Below the pieces are notes generated by a model that was given only the letters and a program-made list of their open reading frames with translations, was not told the origin of the DNA and ran no database searches. 64,000 bases of DNA from positions 76,508,001 to 76,572,000 of the forward strand of contig OX597827.1 in assembly GCA_951406725.2 (NCBI GenBank), written 5' to 3'. This DNA is from Octopus vulgaris. Lineage: Eukaryota. A program made the position numbers and the translations under genes. Shown in pieces: positions 49,244 through 62,822 of the stretch. Positions within the stretch are counted from its first letter, which is position 1. Every line of letters starts with the position of its first letter.

Positions 49244-49640
49244 TCTTTATATATAAAAGAGAAGTTGTGTGTCTGTCTCCTACGATTTAGATTCCTAACT
49301 ACTCCCACATTTTGCGGTGCAGTTTAACCAAAACCGGGTATCTTATAGTCGTGATTCATATCGAGCCCTTCTGGGTATTAGCGCGCGTCTACGATGAGTC
49401 TACGATTTTAAAAATAATTTACCATAATTTTTTTCCATTTTAATGCATTTTTTCGCTATTATATAAGGGAAGTAACTCTCTAAAAATGTCTACGATGAGT
49501 AAACGATTTAAAAAAAAATTTACCATAATTTTTTTTCCATTTTTAATGCATTTTTTTGCTATTTTTTGGCTATAACTCTCTAAAAATGCTTTATAGTTAT
49601 TTCCCTTACAAATCCGAGTACCGCCGGACGATACTGCTAG
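49244..49640 (+). mobile_element. Complete non-autonomous Helitron
   Basis: A|TC...CTAG|T, subterminal TCCG..CGGA hairpin, no TSD; internal direct duplication. Confidence 0.85.
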
Positions 49641-49720
49641 TTTAATCATAAAAATACGATAGGAGTTTTTAGACATTGACTGACTATGAGGGTTCTCCCT
49701 GTCGCCAAATACAATGGGAA

Positions 49721-49894
49721 CAGAGCCGGCCCTAGGGTTGCTGGTGCCCCGAGCAAGCTGAAGTTCGGTGCCCATACAAATATAAGTTTTTAAAAATATT
49801 AGTTTTCACAAAGAGATAACGTGAAAATGTGGACTAAAAAACATATGGCGCCCCGGGCGACTGCCCGAGTTGCCGGTGCCTTGAGCCGGCCCTG
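49721..49894. mobile_element. hAT-type MITE
   Basis: TIRs CAGAGCCGGC/GCCGGCCCTG; 8-bp TSD AATGGGAA/AATGGGAG. Confidence 0.8.
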
Positions 49895-50004
49895 AATGGG
49901 AGTCAAAAGGCATCCATAAATAATTTTTAAAATGGTTGAGAATTCCTAGCGAAGTACTTGTAGACGCAGTTTACCTCCCCTGATGGCAGTTGTCTAAATA
50001 GCTC

Positions 50005-50019
50005 GCCACTAGATGGCAC
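50005..50019 (+). promoter_or_regulatory. CTCF-like motif
   Basis: GCCACTAGATGGCAC matches the consensus; weaker neighbours at ~49976 and ~50105. Confidence 0.45.
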
Positions 50020-50251
50020 ACGTAAATCTAAGGTTCCCAGACTAAGCACTTCCTCTGTCATCGTGACGGCTGGGCGAGAGGACATGACAACGCCAGCTCT
50101 TGTACTACACAGGCGGCAGCTAGCAGACATCGATCAGATATGAGGTAATACACAGAAGATGAATATGGTCTTCACTTCTAAACACTTTCCATGATTATTA
50201 AACATGTATATGTTTGTGACCCAGAGTAAAGGTATTTAAAAGCTCGCCAAT

Positions 50252-50893
50252 GCGGCGAGCTGGCAGAAACGGTAGCACGCCGAGCGAAACGCTTTGCGGT
50301 ATTTCGTCTGCCGCTTCGTTCTGAGTTCAAATTCCGCCGAGGTCGACTTTGCCTTTCATCCTTTCGGGGGTCGATTAAATAAGTACCAGTTACGCACTGG
50401 GGTCGATATAATCGACTTAATCCGTTTGTCTGTCCTTGTTTATCCCCTCTGTGTTTAGCTCCTTGTGGGTAGTAAAGAAATAGGTATTTCGTCTGCTGCT
50501 ACGTTCTGAGTTCAAATTCCGTCGAGGTCGACTTTGCCTTTCATCCTTTTGGGGGTCGATTAAATAAGTACCAGTTACGCACTGGGGTCGATATAATCGA
50601 CTTAATCCGTTTGTCTGTCCTTGTTTATCCCCTCTGTGTTTAGCTCCTTGTGGGTAGTAAAGAAATAGGTATTTCGTCTGCTGCTACGTTCTGAGTTCAA
50701 ATTCCGTCGAGGTCGACTTTGCCTTTCATCCTTTTGGGGGTCGATTAAATAAGTACCAGTTACGCACTGGGGTCGATGTAATCGACTTAATCCGTTTGTC
50801 TGTCCTTGTTTGTCCCTTCTATGTTTAGCCCCTTGTAGGTAGTAAAGAAATAGGTATTTCGTCTGCCGCTACGTTCTGGGTAGTAAAGAAGTA
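50252..50893 (+). mobile_element. SINE family B tandem multimer (185-bp unit x3 plus partial)
   Basis: Units start at 50299, 50484, 50669 and 50854. Confidence 0.9.
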
Positions 50894-51341
50894 GGTATTT
50901 AAAAGTTACAGCTTGGTTCTATAAATTCATTGTACAGCGTTCCTTTATCGACTGACACGTTACAGCCTTCTGAACGAAGTCGTCATGAGATCGTCTCACC
51001 CCGTGAGACCACGACTATCTATATTACACAACAGTGAAGTGGCGTATAGCAGTTTAGATTTATTACGAAAACGAAGGAAGTATAAAAATAGAAGTAGTTG
51101 TTTGCTTTTTGGTGACAAAAATAAACTAACAATTAAGAATCTGAAAAGCATTTCGCATCGGAGGTGCTTGAAAATAGTTCAGATTTAAAGAGGCGTTCGT
51201 ATCAAAAAATAAAAGACGTACCACATAATTACATTCAACAGAAAACTACATAAACAAAACTTGCGAACTTTAATCATTCAAGTTTAATGAAGGAAGAATA
51301 TTTCCCCATATTGTGTGTGTGTGTATGTGTGCGTGTGTTTG

Positions 51342-51426
<85 letters not shown>

Positions 51427-51487
51427 TATATATTATATATATTACATATATATATATATATATATTATATATATTATATATTATTAT

Positions 51488-51523
<36 letters not shown>

Positions 51524-51861
51524 TATGTAGAAAAATACAACATGGACAAGAACGTGTAACTCTTAGAAGACGATACAATATCGAAACCCTAGTCTTCAGT
51601 CAAGAACCGGATCATCGTAGTAATTTCGGCTGATTAATCTTGAGATTACTAGATCACGGCCATAAGCAACGAGCATTATATATGGAAGAAGGATCGAATG
51701 CATACGGACACCAGGACAGCAAAAGGGACGAATATAAAAAAACAAAAAAATAATGGAATACAGAAACATGAAATACAGAAGCATTAACGGTGAAAACAAC
51801 AACAAGTGTCTTACGACTGATAACAAGCAAACAAATTTTTTCATATATATATATGTATCCA

Positions 51862-52446
51862 TCTTATAATAATTCTGTTTCTTTCTCCGTTACTTTCCCT
51901 GTCCGTAACGCTTTCACGTGATTTGTTGACGGGAAGGGGAGGGGAAGAAGAGGGAGGGTCGAGGATAAAGGGGGGAGAAATAGGGAGGGGAGAGAGGGGG
52001 TTGATGAAGCGGAGAGGGAGGTGGAGCAGTGCTGGAGGTGAGGTGGAGGGGAGGGGAGAGGGAGCTGGTGGTGAGTGAAATGGATATTTCTTAATTAAGT
52101 TTTTTGTTCTTCCGTTACTTAGCCCGTCTGTAACGCTTTCACGTGATTAGTTGTAGGGAAAGGCGAAGAGCGAAAGGAAAAGGAGAGAGAAAAAGAAGGT
52201 AAAGCGAAGAGTGAGAGTGAAAGAGGGTGAGTGCTGTGTGTTAAGACTATAAAATTGTGCATAAATTATATAAAGTGTGTATAAATCATTCCAATTTCTT
52301 TCATTTTTCAATAATGAACAGATGAGCGATTATTTTTTGAAACAGGCACAACACATCCTACGATTTCAGGCTTTTTGGACAAAGATTTCAGAAACAACCC
52401 AATTGGCTTATCATTAATTCCGTGAAATATTCACAGGTCTCGCTAG
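51862..52446 (+). mobile_element. Complete non-autonomous Helitron (second family)
   Basis: A|TC...CTAG|T with subterminal hairpin CCGTGAA-ATA-TTCACAGG. Confidence 0.8.
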
Positions 52447-52582
52447 TAGTTATAATCATAACATTTTCACTATTAGTCATGGTTAGCATAAGCGAAACCG
52501 GTCGACTATACAAAAATATTTCATAAGAAAAATAATGTTTCCAAAATGAAATTTTTGCGCGTTTTCATTCTTTTATATTATA

Positions 52583-53421
52583 CAGTCGAACCTCGCAGTA
52601 CGAGTGCACCATTGTACGAATGATTTGCTATACGTGCCGAGGTTCGTGCAGATTTTTGTCTTGAAGCAGGAGCGAAAATGCGCAGTATGAGCGAGTTTCA
52701 TACAAGCGACCGCTAATCGGCGCTGAGCTCGCATACATTCTCCCCACAAGCGTAGTCTCCGCTCGGCTCAGTTCACGTGTTTATCTCGTGGCAGCATCCC
52801 TATAGTGTTTTCCCCAATGTTTTTGTTTAATTTGTGCATTTTTTGCTATTATTTCGTGCGTGAATTCTGTCAGCTCATCGCAGCCGAGAGGTATATCGCA
52901 CAACAGGTATTCAACTGGCCTCTTTTGGGAAAAAATGCCCAGAAAATAACTGAAGAGGAGAAGAAAATGCCAGGCCACAAGCTTATGAAAGACTGGCTAA
53001 CTCTCACCCTTTGCGCCAGTGCGAGTAGAGACTTGAAGATTAACTCGCTCCTTGTCTAACATTCCGAAAACCCACGAGCGTTCAAGTGATACACAATCGT
53101 GAAGAAGAAGCTGCAGGTCATGTGGGGTGCGGTGGAGCAAACGTTAAAGTTTGGGTCACCAGGCAATTCTTCTCCGAGTGGGTCAACCTTGCCTTTGGAC
53201 CAGCAGTGAAAAAGTATCTTCTGGAGAACAACTTTCCTCTCAAAGACCTCCTCATCCTCGACAATGCTCCTGCCCGCCCTCCTAACTTCGAAGATGATAT
53301 TCTGGACGAATTTAGATTTATAAACGTTCTGTACCTTTCATGCAACACCACCCCTGTCTTGCAGACCATGGGCCAACAGGTGATTTCTAATTTTAAGAAA
53401 TTGTACTCAATTTCAGGATGA
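52583..53421 (+). mobile_element. Decayed pogo/Tigger-like transposon
   Basis: TA-CAGTCGAACCTCG terminus; MPGHK.MKD.LTL, HSENPRAFK, LLILDNAP, NTT..LQ.M.Q.VI..FK motifs. Confidence 0.85.
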
Positions 53422-53984
53422 CTTTTTTTCTGTCAAAACGCTAAAAATAACTGACCAACAAAAAAGCAAAATAAACAAAACAAGATTCAACCAAATCAAA
53501 AATAAACCCAAATGCTAAGCGAACAAAGACGAACCATCCCAATTCCATTGCACGCACGCACAAACACACACACACACAAACACACACACAAATATAAACA
53601 CACACACACACAAATATAAACACACACACACACACACACACACATATTCGCAGAGCCCCCTTTTACATACACACACATATATTCACGCAGAGTTGAAACG
53701 CTGTTTGATTTATCTTTTCAGCGTATACTTTTCATCATCCTACTACCATGTATGACATCACCCCTTCCTTCCTTATTCATCTGTCACCCCTTCCTTTCTC
53801 ATTCAAAAACACAAGAGTATTATTATAGTAGATTATCTCGGTAACCATGGGAGCTATGAAAAAATACAAAGCCCAGCAACACCACCGAGTCATTCTACAT
53901 ATGTATAATTTTTCGCGCAATTCCACACAGCCGTTTGACTGTGAATCCCAAGACAAAAAAAGAATCGCCCATATGAAATGTATA

Positions 53985-54046
<62 letters not shown>

Positions 54047-54049
<3 letters not shown>

Positions 54050-54218
54050 AGAATTCCCGAAAAAAAAAAAAGACGAAGACAGGTGGTGTACAAAACAAAC
54101 AGATGTATTAGTATAACGGTCAGGAATAGAAAAAGTCTTTTACGTTTCGAGCCTACGCTCTTCTACAGAAAGGGACACAGAAAGAAACAAGGAGAGAAAA
54201 GAAATGTGTGTAGTGGCT
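54047..54218 (-). mobile_element. Copy of the 13222 hammerhead-bearing element (motif 54137-54172)
   Basis: Motif identical to 13300-13335, flanked by (TA)n. Confidence 0.75.
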
Positions 54219-54360
54219 GATATATATACGTACGTACGTATGTATGTATGTATGTATGTATGTATGTATGTATGTATGTATGTATGTATGTATGTATATA
54301 TATATATATATGTACGTACGTACGTACGTACATACATACATACATACATACATACATGCT

Positions 54361-54700
54361 GAGGCCCCTTCGGTCATGACTGACCATGGGATTGCATCTA
54401 GAAATTTACCCTCCAAGGCACAAGTCTGGGCAAGGTTGTTTATGGAAGATCAGCAGTCGCCCATGCATACCAGCCTCCCCTCTCCACACCACTGATGTTA
54501 TCCAAGGGAAAGGCAAAGGAGCCGATACAGCTTGGCATCTGTTATGACGTCGCAACTCATTTCTACAGCTGAGTGAACTGGAGCAACGTGAAGCAAAGTG
54601 TCTTGCTCAAGAACACAACACGCAGCCCGGTTTGGGATTCGAACTCACAACCTCACGATCGTAAGCTCGACGTTCTAACCACTGAGCCATGCACCTTCAC
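54361..54700 (-). mobile_element. tRNA-derived SINE (family D) within a (TACA)n array
   Basis: Minus strand TGGCTCAGTGG A box and GAGTTCGAATCCC B box. Confidence 0.8.
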
Positions 54701-55210
54701 ATACATACATACATACATACATACATACATACATACATACATACATACATACATACATACATACATACATACATACATACATACATACAGGTGTATCTGT
54801 GTGTTTCTTTCTTCCTCTCTACCGCTTGACAACCGGTGTCGATTCGTTCCACCGAAAAACTGTTCAAGGATGTGACCCCGCATGGTCGCAGTCCAGTGCC
54901 TGAAACAAATAAGGGATAAACGCTACACGCACGTGTGTGCATATCTTCTGTACGTGTACCCACATACGCATGCGCAAGCTAATACAGAGGAACGCTCTCC
55001 AGCATTTACGTGACATAAAATACTTAGAATTTTTCGTTACAATTGTTTTTCTTTTTATATATTTGTAATAATATCTTCTCTACTTTGTTCTGAATATCTT
55101 TTGATGTATGTACGCATGAATGTATGGAGGTAAGTAGCTATGTGTGTATGTATATGTACGTGATTGTGTACATGTGTGTGTGCATGTATGTATGTATATA
55201 TGTATGTATG

Positions 55211-55257
<47 letters not shown>

Positions 55258-55268
55258 CCTTCTCCTAT

Positions 55269-55303
55269 GTTTCCGACGAAAAGCTCCGCTCGAAACGTTA
55301 AAC
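55269..55303 (+). ncRNA. Minimal hammerhead motif in a ~145-bp (TA)n-flanked element (~55257-55401)
   Basis: GTTT-CCGACGA-A-AAGC-TCC-GCTC-GAA-ACGT-T-AAAC. Confidence 0.65.
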
Positions 55304-55397
55304 CCTCCTTCTTCCCGTTTTTCCTGAGCGTCCAATAATACTATATTTGTTCCACGTCCTCGCGTTGTTGTGTTTTTTTGTGCTTTCTTGTTTGGAT

Positions 55398-55469
<72 letters not shown>

Positions 55470-55498
55470 CACACACATACACACATATATACATACTG

Positions 55499-55575
<77 letters not shown>

Positions 55576-55666
55576 GTCTATCTATTCTATCGTCGATCGA
55601 TCGATCGCTCTATCTGTCTGTCTGTCTATCAACCTACACACATACACACTTTACTTATATGGTACA

Positions 55667-55822
55667 TGAGTGGTAGTATGGTAAGAAGCTTGCTCTCCAA
55701 CCACATGGTTCCGAGTTCAGTCCCACTTCGTGGCATCTAGGCAAGTGTCTTCTGCTATAGCCTCGGGCCGACCAATGCCTTGTGAGTGGATTTGGTACAC
55801 GGAAACTGAAAGAAGCCCGTTG
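55667..55822 (+). mobile_element. SINE family A, 5' half
   Basis: Head homology. Confidence 0.8.
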
Positions 55823-55843
55823 TATATATACACATACATATAC

Positions 55844-55918
<75 letters not shown>

Positions 55919-56683
55919 TATATTGGGTTGTCCGGAAAGTTCGTGCCGATTTATAGTAGCTTACCGTTGGGAAAAGCAAGGGTGGGGTGGGGGTTAGGTT
56001 GAGGGTGGGGTTAGAGGTGGGGTATGTGGGAGTGGTTGTAAGGGATGGGGGGATGGAGAAGGATAGGGAAGGTGGGGGATGGAATGTGTAGGGGTGGGTG
56101 GGCTTACGAGGGTGGGGTGACGATGAAGGGAGGAGAAGGTGAGTAGGTGAGTAGGTGTGAAGAGAAGAGAGGAGAGTAGGAGTGAAGGGAAGAAGTAGGA
56201 GTCGGAGCAAGAGAGGAGAGGCGGGTGGGAGGAAGTAGGTGTGAAGGGGAGAGAGGTGAGGGGAGGAGAGTTGAGCCCATGTGGCGTAAAAGAACGAAGC
56301 GAGAAGATTAATCCCTGTTCACGGCGCTAAATTAACAAAAACACGACAAACGGAATATTTTACAAAGACATAATTCGTAGCTAATTCCTCATCAACCAGC
56401 GTCCAGAAGATCATTACAATTTCACGCCTTTGACGTTGATATTGCTCACTTTTGGCGGCGCCAGTGGTGAAAATATTCGGGGAATAGCTAACGAACGTAG
56501 CGGACAAAAGACAGTCGTGAGTTGGCGGAAGAGAAGAAGAAGTTAGAAGAGAGGGTGGACATGAGATGGGCATTGAGATAGATTTACATAGACAGTTAGA
56601 TAGAGAGAGAGATAGGTAAATAGAATGATAATTAGATATAAAGTTAGATGGACGGGCAGATAACTAGCTAGATAACTAACTGA

Positions 56684-56760
<77 letters not shown>

Positions 56761-56808
56761 CGGAGATGGTCGGATGGATGGTTGGATGGAGGGATGGAGG
56801 GATACATA

Positions 56809-57016
56809 TGTTTCTTTATTAGCCACACAGGGCCGAACACAGAGGGGTCAAGATACAATGTTGATCTTTTCTTTTCGAAAGAAAAAGAGGAAAATAGAAA
56901 AAAGGAGGAGAAAATAAATTTCCGATTAAAAGAGATCGTGTAAGAGAAGAAAAGAAAGAAAAAAATGAATAAAAAGAAAAAAGGAAAAAAGAAGGGGGAA
57001 GGGGGAGGACGACGGA
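56809..57016 (-). mobile_element. Short 3'-UTR copy related to the adjacent Tx1-like LINE
   Basis: Ends CTGTGTGGCTAATAAAGAAAC, like the element end at 57201. Confidence 0.65.
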
Positions 57017-57050
57017 TATAGATAGATAGATGGATAGATATGTAGGTAGG

Positions 57051-57118
<68 letters not shown>

Positions 57119-57200
57119 CAGACAGATAGATAGACAGACAGACAGACAGATAGATAGATAGATAGATAGATATATAGATAGATAGATAGATAGATAGATA

Positions 57201-58418
57201 AGTTTCTTTATTGGCCACACAGGGCTGCACACAGATGGGACAAGTTACAAGGTAGAGCTTTTCTTTTGGGGGATGAAAAAAGGGGGTGGCGTAGGTTTTC
57301 GATCAAGAGGGATCGTAAAAGGGAAGAAAAGAACAACAAAAAAAAAAAGAAAAAAAAATAGAATAAAAAATAAAAAGAATAAAAGAAAAAAAAAGAAAGG
57401 GAAAGGAACAAAAGAAAAGAGAAATGAAAAAAGAAGAAAAAGGAGAGAAAAGAAAAGGAGAAGAGGAAAAAAAAAAAAGAACGATCAATAGGGATCGTGT
57501 ATCACAGTGTTATGATATATGGTGTAAAGGGAAAGCAAGTAAGGTTTATCCGTGGGAAGAAAAGCCTACGAAAAAGACCACGGTAACCTTGGTCAATATT
57601 GTTATATGTTACCACATTTGTTTGCAAGTGGGTAACCCTCTGTTTTCAATTTCTGGGTTCATAGGACTATGCTCAAGGTGGCTTCGTCATTCATACGTGC
57701 CATCCTTGCTACATTCACCCATCTTTTTTTAAAACATTCGCTAGACAAAACTTGCCTCTCTACTCTCACTTTCCTTTTCAAGTGGTACTTGAAGAAGTTG
57801 ATGAGAGATTGACCAGAGAGGAAAGTGTTTGTCTCCAATCCTTTCAGACGCGTCCACCAGATACATTCTTTCGCCATAGCCACAAGGATGATGAAAATAG
57901 CTCTTCCTTCCCGTTTGAAGGAAGGAGGCGTGACAATATTGACGATAGACTCAGCTGATAAACCGACTCGTCCCACACGTGACAGCAGTTGTTCGACATA
58001 AGCCCACAGGTCGGAAATTGTTGGACACTGCACGAGTGCGTGCAGAACGGTTTCGTCGCTCTGACCGCATCTCGGGCAGGTCGGCCCCGTGTTTCTCGAG
58101 CCGTGTCTGTAGAGCTTATCCCGAACGGGTAGCGCTTCTCGGTAACACTGCCAGGCCAGGGATTTCTGGAAGTTGTCCATGGGCCCTGGCCCGAAAGTCG
58201 TCCTGAACAGGCGGGTCAGGTACTCCTCGACGACGTCCAGGTTCGCCCCGAGCTCGTCGTCGTACCTCCCCTCCACTAATCCCCTATAGAATGCTTTGGT
58301 TGTGTTGAAGTTACTCAAGGTCGACCCAGGACGGCAGAGTTGCTTGAGAGCAACGCGACACTCGCGGTGCCATTCGCCCTTCCTCGGCCTCTTTTTGATC
58401 CACGACTGCAGTTCGGTC

Positions 58419-58420
<2 letters not shown>
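57201..58420 (-). mobile_element. 5'-truncated Tx1/L1-clade LINE (zf-RVT C-terminus)
   Basis: W..YREALPVRDKL, CPRCGQSDETVLHALVQCP, AKECIWWTR; pyrimidine-rich 3' UTR with AATAAA, then (TATC)n. Confidence 0.85.
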
Positions 58421-58463
<43 letters not shown>

Positions 58464-58579
58464 TATATAGATAGATGATAAATAGATAGATAGATAGATA
58501 GTTAGATAGATAGATAGATAGATAGATAGATATAGATAGATAGTTAGATAGATAGATAGATAGATAGATACAGACAGAC

Positions 58580-58665
<86 letters not shown>

Positions 58666-58903
58666 ACTTACATGCCTAAAAATTATTTGAAATATGATAC
58701 GAGAACGTCGTCACTCAGATTTTCTGGTCTCCCTTTGACTGATGACTGATAAATATGGCTACTTTTACTGTTTCACTGTGGACCGAAAAAGAAAAAAAAA
58801 ATGAACGGCCGTCATCGATTTTTCGATGCTGGTTGGATATCAGGATGCCACGCTTTATTATGAGTTACCATTGGTCAGGGGTGACTGTGGTAAAAAGCTT
58901 ATC

Positions 58904-59500
58904 AAGGCGACGAGCTGGTAGAAACGTTAGCACACCGGGCGAAATGCGTAGCCGTATTTCGTCTGCCGTTACGTTCTGGGTTCAAATTCCGCCGAGGTCG
59001 ACTTTGCCTTTCATCCTTTCGGGGTTGATTAAATAAGTACCAGTTACACACTGGGGTCGATATAATCGACTTAATCCGTTTGTCTCGTTGTTTGTCCTCT
59101 CTGTGTTTAGCCCCTTGTGGATAGTAAAGAAAGAGGTATTTCGTCTGCCGCTACGGTCTGAGTTCAAATTCCGCCGAGGTCGACTTTGCCTTTCATCCTT
59201 TCGGGGTCGATAAATTAAGTACCAGTTACGCACTGGGGTCGATATAATCGACTTAATCCGTTTGTCTCGATGTTTGTCCTCTCTGTGTTTAGCCCCTTGT
59301 GGGTAGTAAAGAAATAGGTATTTCGTCTGCCGCTACGTTCTGAGTTCAAATTCCGCCAAGGTCGACTTTGCCTTTCATACTTTCGGGGTCGATTAAATAA
59401 GTACCAGTTACGCACTGTGGTCGATGTAATCGACTTAATCCGTTTGTCTATCCTTGTTTGTCCCTTCTTTGTTTAGCCCCTTGTGGGCAATAAAGAAATA
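58904..59500 (+). mobile_element. SINE family B tandem trimer (182-bp unit)
   Basis: Units start at 58954, 59136 and 59318. Confidence 0.9.
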
Positions 59501-59630
59501 AGAAGCTTACTTCCCAACCACATGGTCCCGGGTTCAGTCCCACTGCATGGCAACTTGGGTCAGTGTCTTCTAGTATGATCTCGAGTAGACGAAATCTTTG
59601 GGAATGGATCTAGTAGACGGAAACTGAAGG

Positions 59631-59789
59631 AAGCACTTGCAGAAAACAGCACTGATTGGAACCGCTCGAATACTCCGGAAGGTTCTCGAAAAATAAGAGG
59701 TGTTACCTTAGTTCACTGGTAGTGAACAGCTGACACTGTAGTACATCTCTAGAGTTAGAAGCTGTGCAAAGGCAATAATAATAATAATG

Positions 59790-59838
<49 letters not shown>

Positions 59839-59858
59839 TGATGATAATGATGATGATG

Positions 59859-59892
<34 letters not shown>

Positions 59893-59918
59893 TAATAATA
59901 ATAATAATAATAATAATG

Positions 59919-59951
<33 letters not shown>

Positions 59952-60836
59952 TCGTATTAACTGGAACGAAGTGCAAAAAATCGTATTAAGTGGAACGGAT
60001 CATGTACTGAGAAGAGCATTATCGCTGTGAAAACAACATCCATTCATGAATTTATTTATTTACTAATTTTTAAATACATATTTTACCTTGTGAATTTGCG
60101 CGTGTAATCTGGGAATGCATACAATGAACTTCTCTGCCCTAGGTGTACGGAAAACACCCGGCGAGAAACGGAAGAAGATTTGAAGAAAGAAGGAAAGAAA
60201 AGAATAATAATAATGACGTTAGTAGTAAGTTAATAATAATGAGAACACAATCCACCCCCAGTGCTTGAAAATGACCACATGTCACTCCTCTGGAACTTCA
60301 CCATTCAAACTGACAGAAAGATAGATGCAAATAGGCCAGACATCGTATTGAAAGACTTCAGACAAAGAACACGCCTCCTCATTGATATGACTGTCCCAAT
60401 CGATATAAACGTATCTGTCAAGACCTACCAAAAACTGAGCAAATATAAAGATCTTGAAATAAAAATCAGCAAAATGTGGAAGCTGAAGACTAAAACAATA
60501 CCTGTTGTCATAGGTGTCCTGGGAATGATAGCGAAAGGGGCTGATTGCTACCTAACTCAGATACCAGGAAACCCCCAAATGGCAGAAATTCAAAAGATAG
60601 TGCTCATGGGAACTGCTCATATCCTACGCAAAATACCCTCTATGTAATCCCAAGGCTTAAAACAAACTTTTTTTTTTGAAATTTATTTATTAGACATTCA
60701 CTAGTACAACCCCCCCCCCCAAATATATGGCACACTAGGCATAACAACAACCTGAACTTCCAACCTGTTGTCTCTTGAGGTCTCTGGGTGAGACTTGGAG
60801 CCGACTTGTACAGACATAAAGCAAAAGTCAAACATA

Positions 60837-60837
<1 letters not shown>
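59631..60837 (+). mobile_element. Cluster of three R4/Dong-like 3' fragments separated by (AAT)n
   Basis: 59631-59774, ~59950-60203 and 60242-60837 (LWNFTIQTDRKIDANRPDIV..LIDMTVP..KLSKYKDL). Confidence 0.85.
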
Positions 60838-60899
<62 letters not shown>

Positions 60900-60901
<2 letters not shown>

Positions 60902-61455
60902 GCCCTGATGCAGTACCAGGCAGTGGCTCTCATGGCTTCTGATCTTAACTGATTGGAAGTGTTATCATGTACATTGTTTTGTCTTGGTATAAAAGATGAG
61001 CTACAGCAAATATTCTGCTCAATACCACAGATTTGCTTGTCAGTTGTTTGACCTTAACCAGTTGAGCATGTCCCTTAGTGGCTGACGATATGTGCATCTC
61101 TGATCAGGAGCAGAAGTAGTGGGGGAGCATCATAGCCATGTGTTGAGAGGGATTCTTTGGGGTTTGAATAATTCACCTCTGGAAACATGGGTGGTTCTTC
61201 CAACATCCTTAAACAACCCTTATTCAGAGACCGTTTGAGCGGAATGGGCTACTCAACCTGAAGAAAATTCTAACTGGGACCCACCTGCAAGGTCATGTGC
61301 TGTTTATCTTGATATGGGATCACCATGTCGCGCACATATGGTTGTGATGCATGTGCCCGGTGTACCCTTATCAGACGGGTAGTCATGATGGGTATATTGG
61401 GCTTCGTATATTTTACCCCAGTGTCACTTTGATGGCATGCACTGCTCTCTCACTC
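60900..61455. mobile_element. Unclassified non-coding ~555-bp element between (AAT)n arrays
   Basis: Sharp boundaries in AAT repeats, higher GC, no long ORF or tRNA head seen. Confidence 0.45.
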
Positions 61456-62673
61456 AATAATAATAATAATAATAATTTCTGTTGTTTGCCACTAGGGCGA
61501 AGGATGAGGGGACAATACCAAGACAGACATCAAATGTGGGGCTTTACATATAATGGAATGATAATAAAAAAATACAGTAGTAGTAATAATTTGAATATTG
61601 ATTCAGTTTAAATGTAATTTTAATAAAGAAAAATGTGGAAATTTTAACAGTATTATTAAATTCATTAAAAATATTTAATATATAAAAAAATCGTTTATCG
61701 TATCGGGTATTTCTCTCCGCTTGAAAGTAGCCTGAAGATTCTGGCTGACTAATATGTTTATGAATAAACGCTGTCAACGTCAACTGTGTTCGCGCGCTCA
61801 TCTAACTGTGATGTCTAAGCCACACGCTGATTGGTTAATATGTTGTTTGTAAGATTCAGTCTGCTGGAGCCTGTCGGAAGAGTGATGAACTTCGCTTGTT
61901 TAATAAGACCCGCGACAGAGCCTTATGTTATGGCGTCATCCATTTTGATAACCGATCCGCCCGAAAAACACTCTTCGTGTTATGAGACAAATTTCATGAT
62001 TTGAAATCCTATCATCTAAATTTCATTTTAATTCATGTTTTTAACACCAGTTTAATAATAGCAAGTTATTTTACTGAATTCTTTATCATTTCAAAATTAA
62101 TGTCATAATGGAAGTGGGTTTGGACAGAAATATGGTAACAAAAGGCCTAAGGGATTATAATATACATTTAAAAAATAAATAAGTATATGAGTCGAAATCG
62201 AACAGGTGAGTGTATTAATTAATAAGGAATTAAAACAAAATGGCAATAATATTTATATATATATATATATATACCCACATATATATATACATGTATGTAT
62301 GTACACACACATACATACATACATATATACATACACACACACATATAATTCTTCTTCTTCTTCTTTTTCTTCTTTTTCTTCTTTTTCTTCTTCTCTACCA
62401 AGAATTCACAACGACCTCGAACCCACAAGAGTAAACAAGAGAGATAGAGACAGGCAGAAACAAGGAAAATGTCCCATGTATTTGAATACTATGCAAATAT
62501 TCTTTAAAAAAAAATTTTCTTTTAATTTTTCCAAAATTTAATTGTTTTCCATACTTACAGTTGAAAAAGTCTCTATGACTGAAACCAGTACAGAAATGTT
62601 TTTTAGAAAATTGTTTTAGCATTTTCTATCATGACTTTTTTTCCATATATATCAACTCGTGTGTTCCTTTTCA

Positions 62674-62822
<149 letters not shown>

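Noticed and set aside
50967-51016. CTGAACGA plus nested hairpin as another hammerhead
   Set aside because: No GAAA or stem III follows the hairpin
55978-56280. G-rich tract as a telomeric or functional G4 array
   Set aside because: Only one or two TTAGG-like units in irregular low-complexity sequence; G4 potential is plausible but nothing supports function
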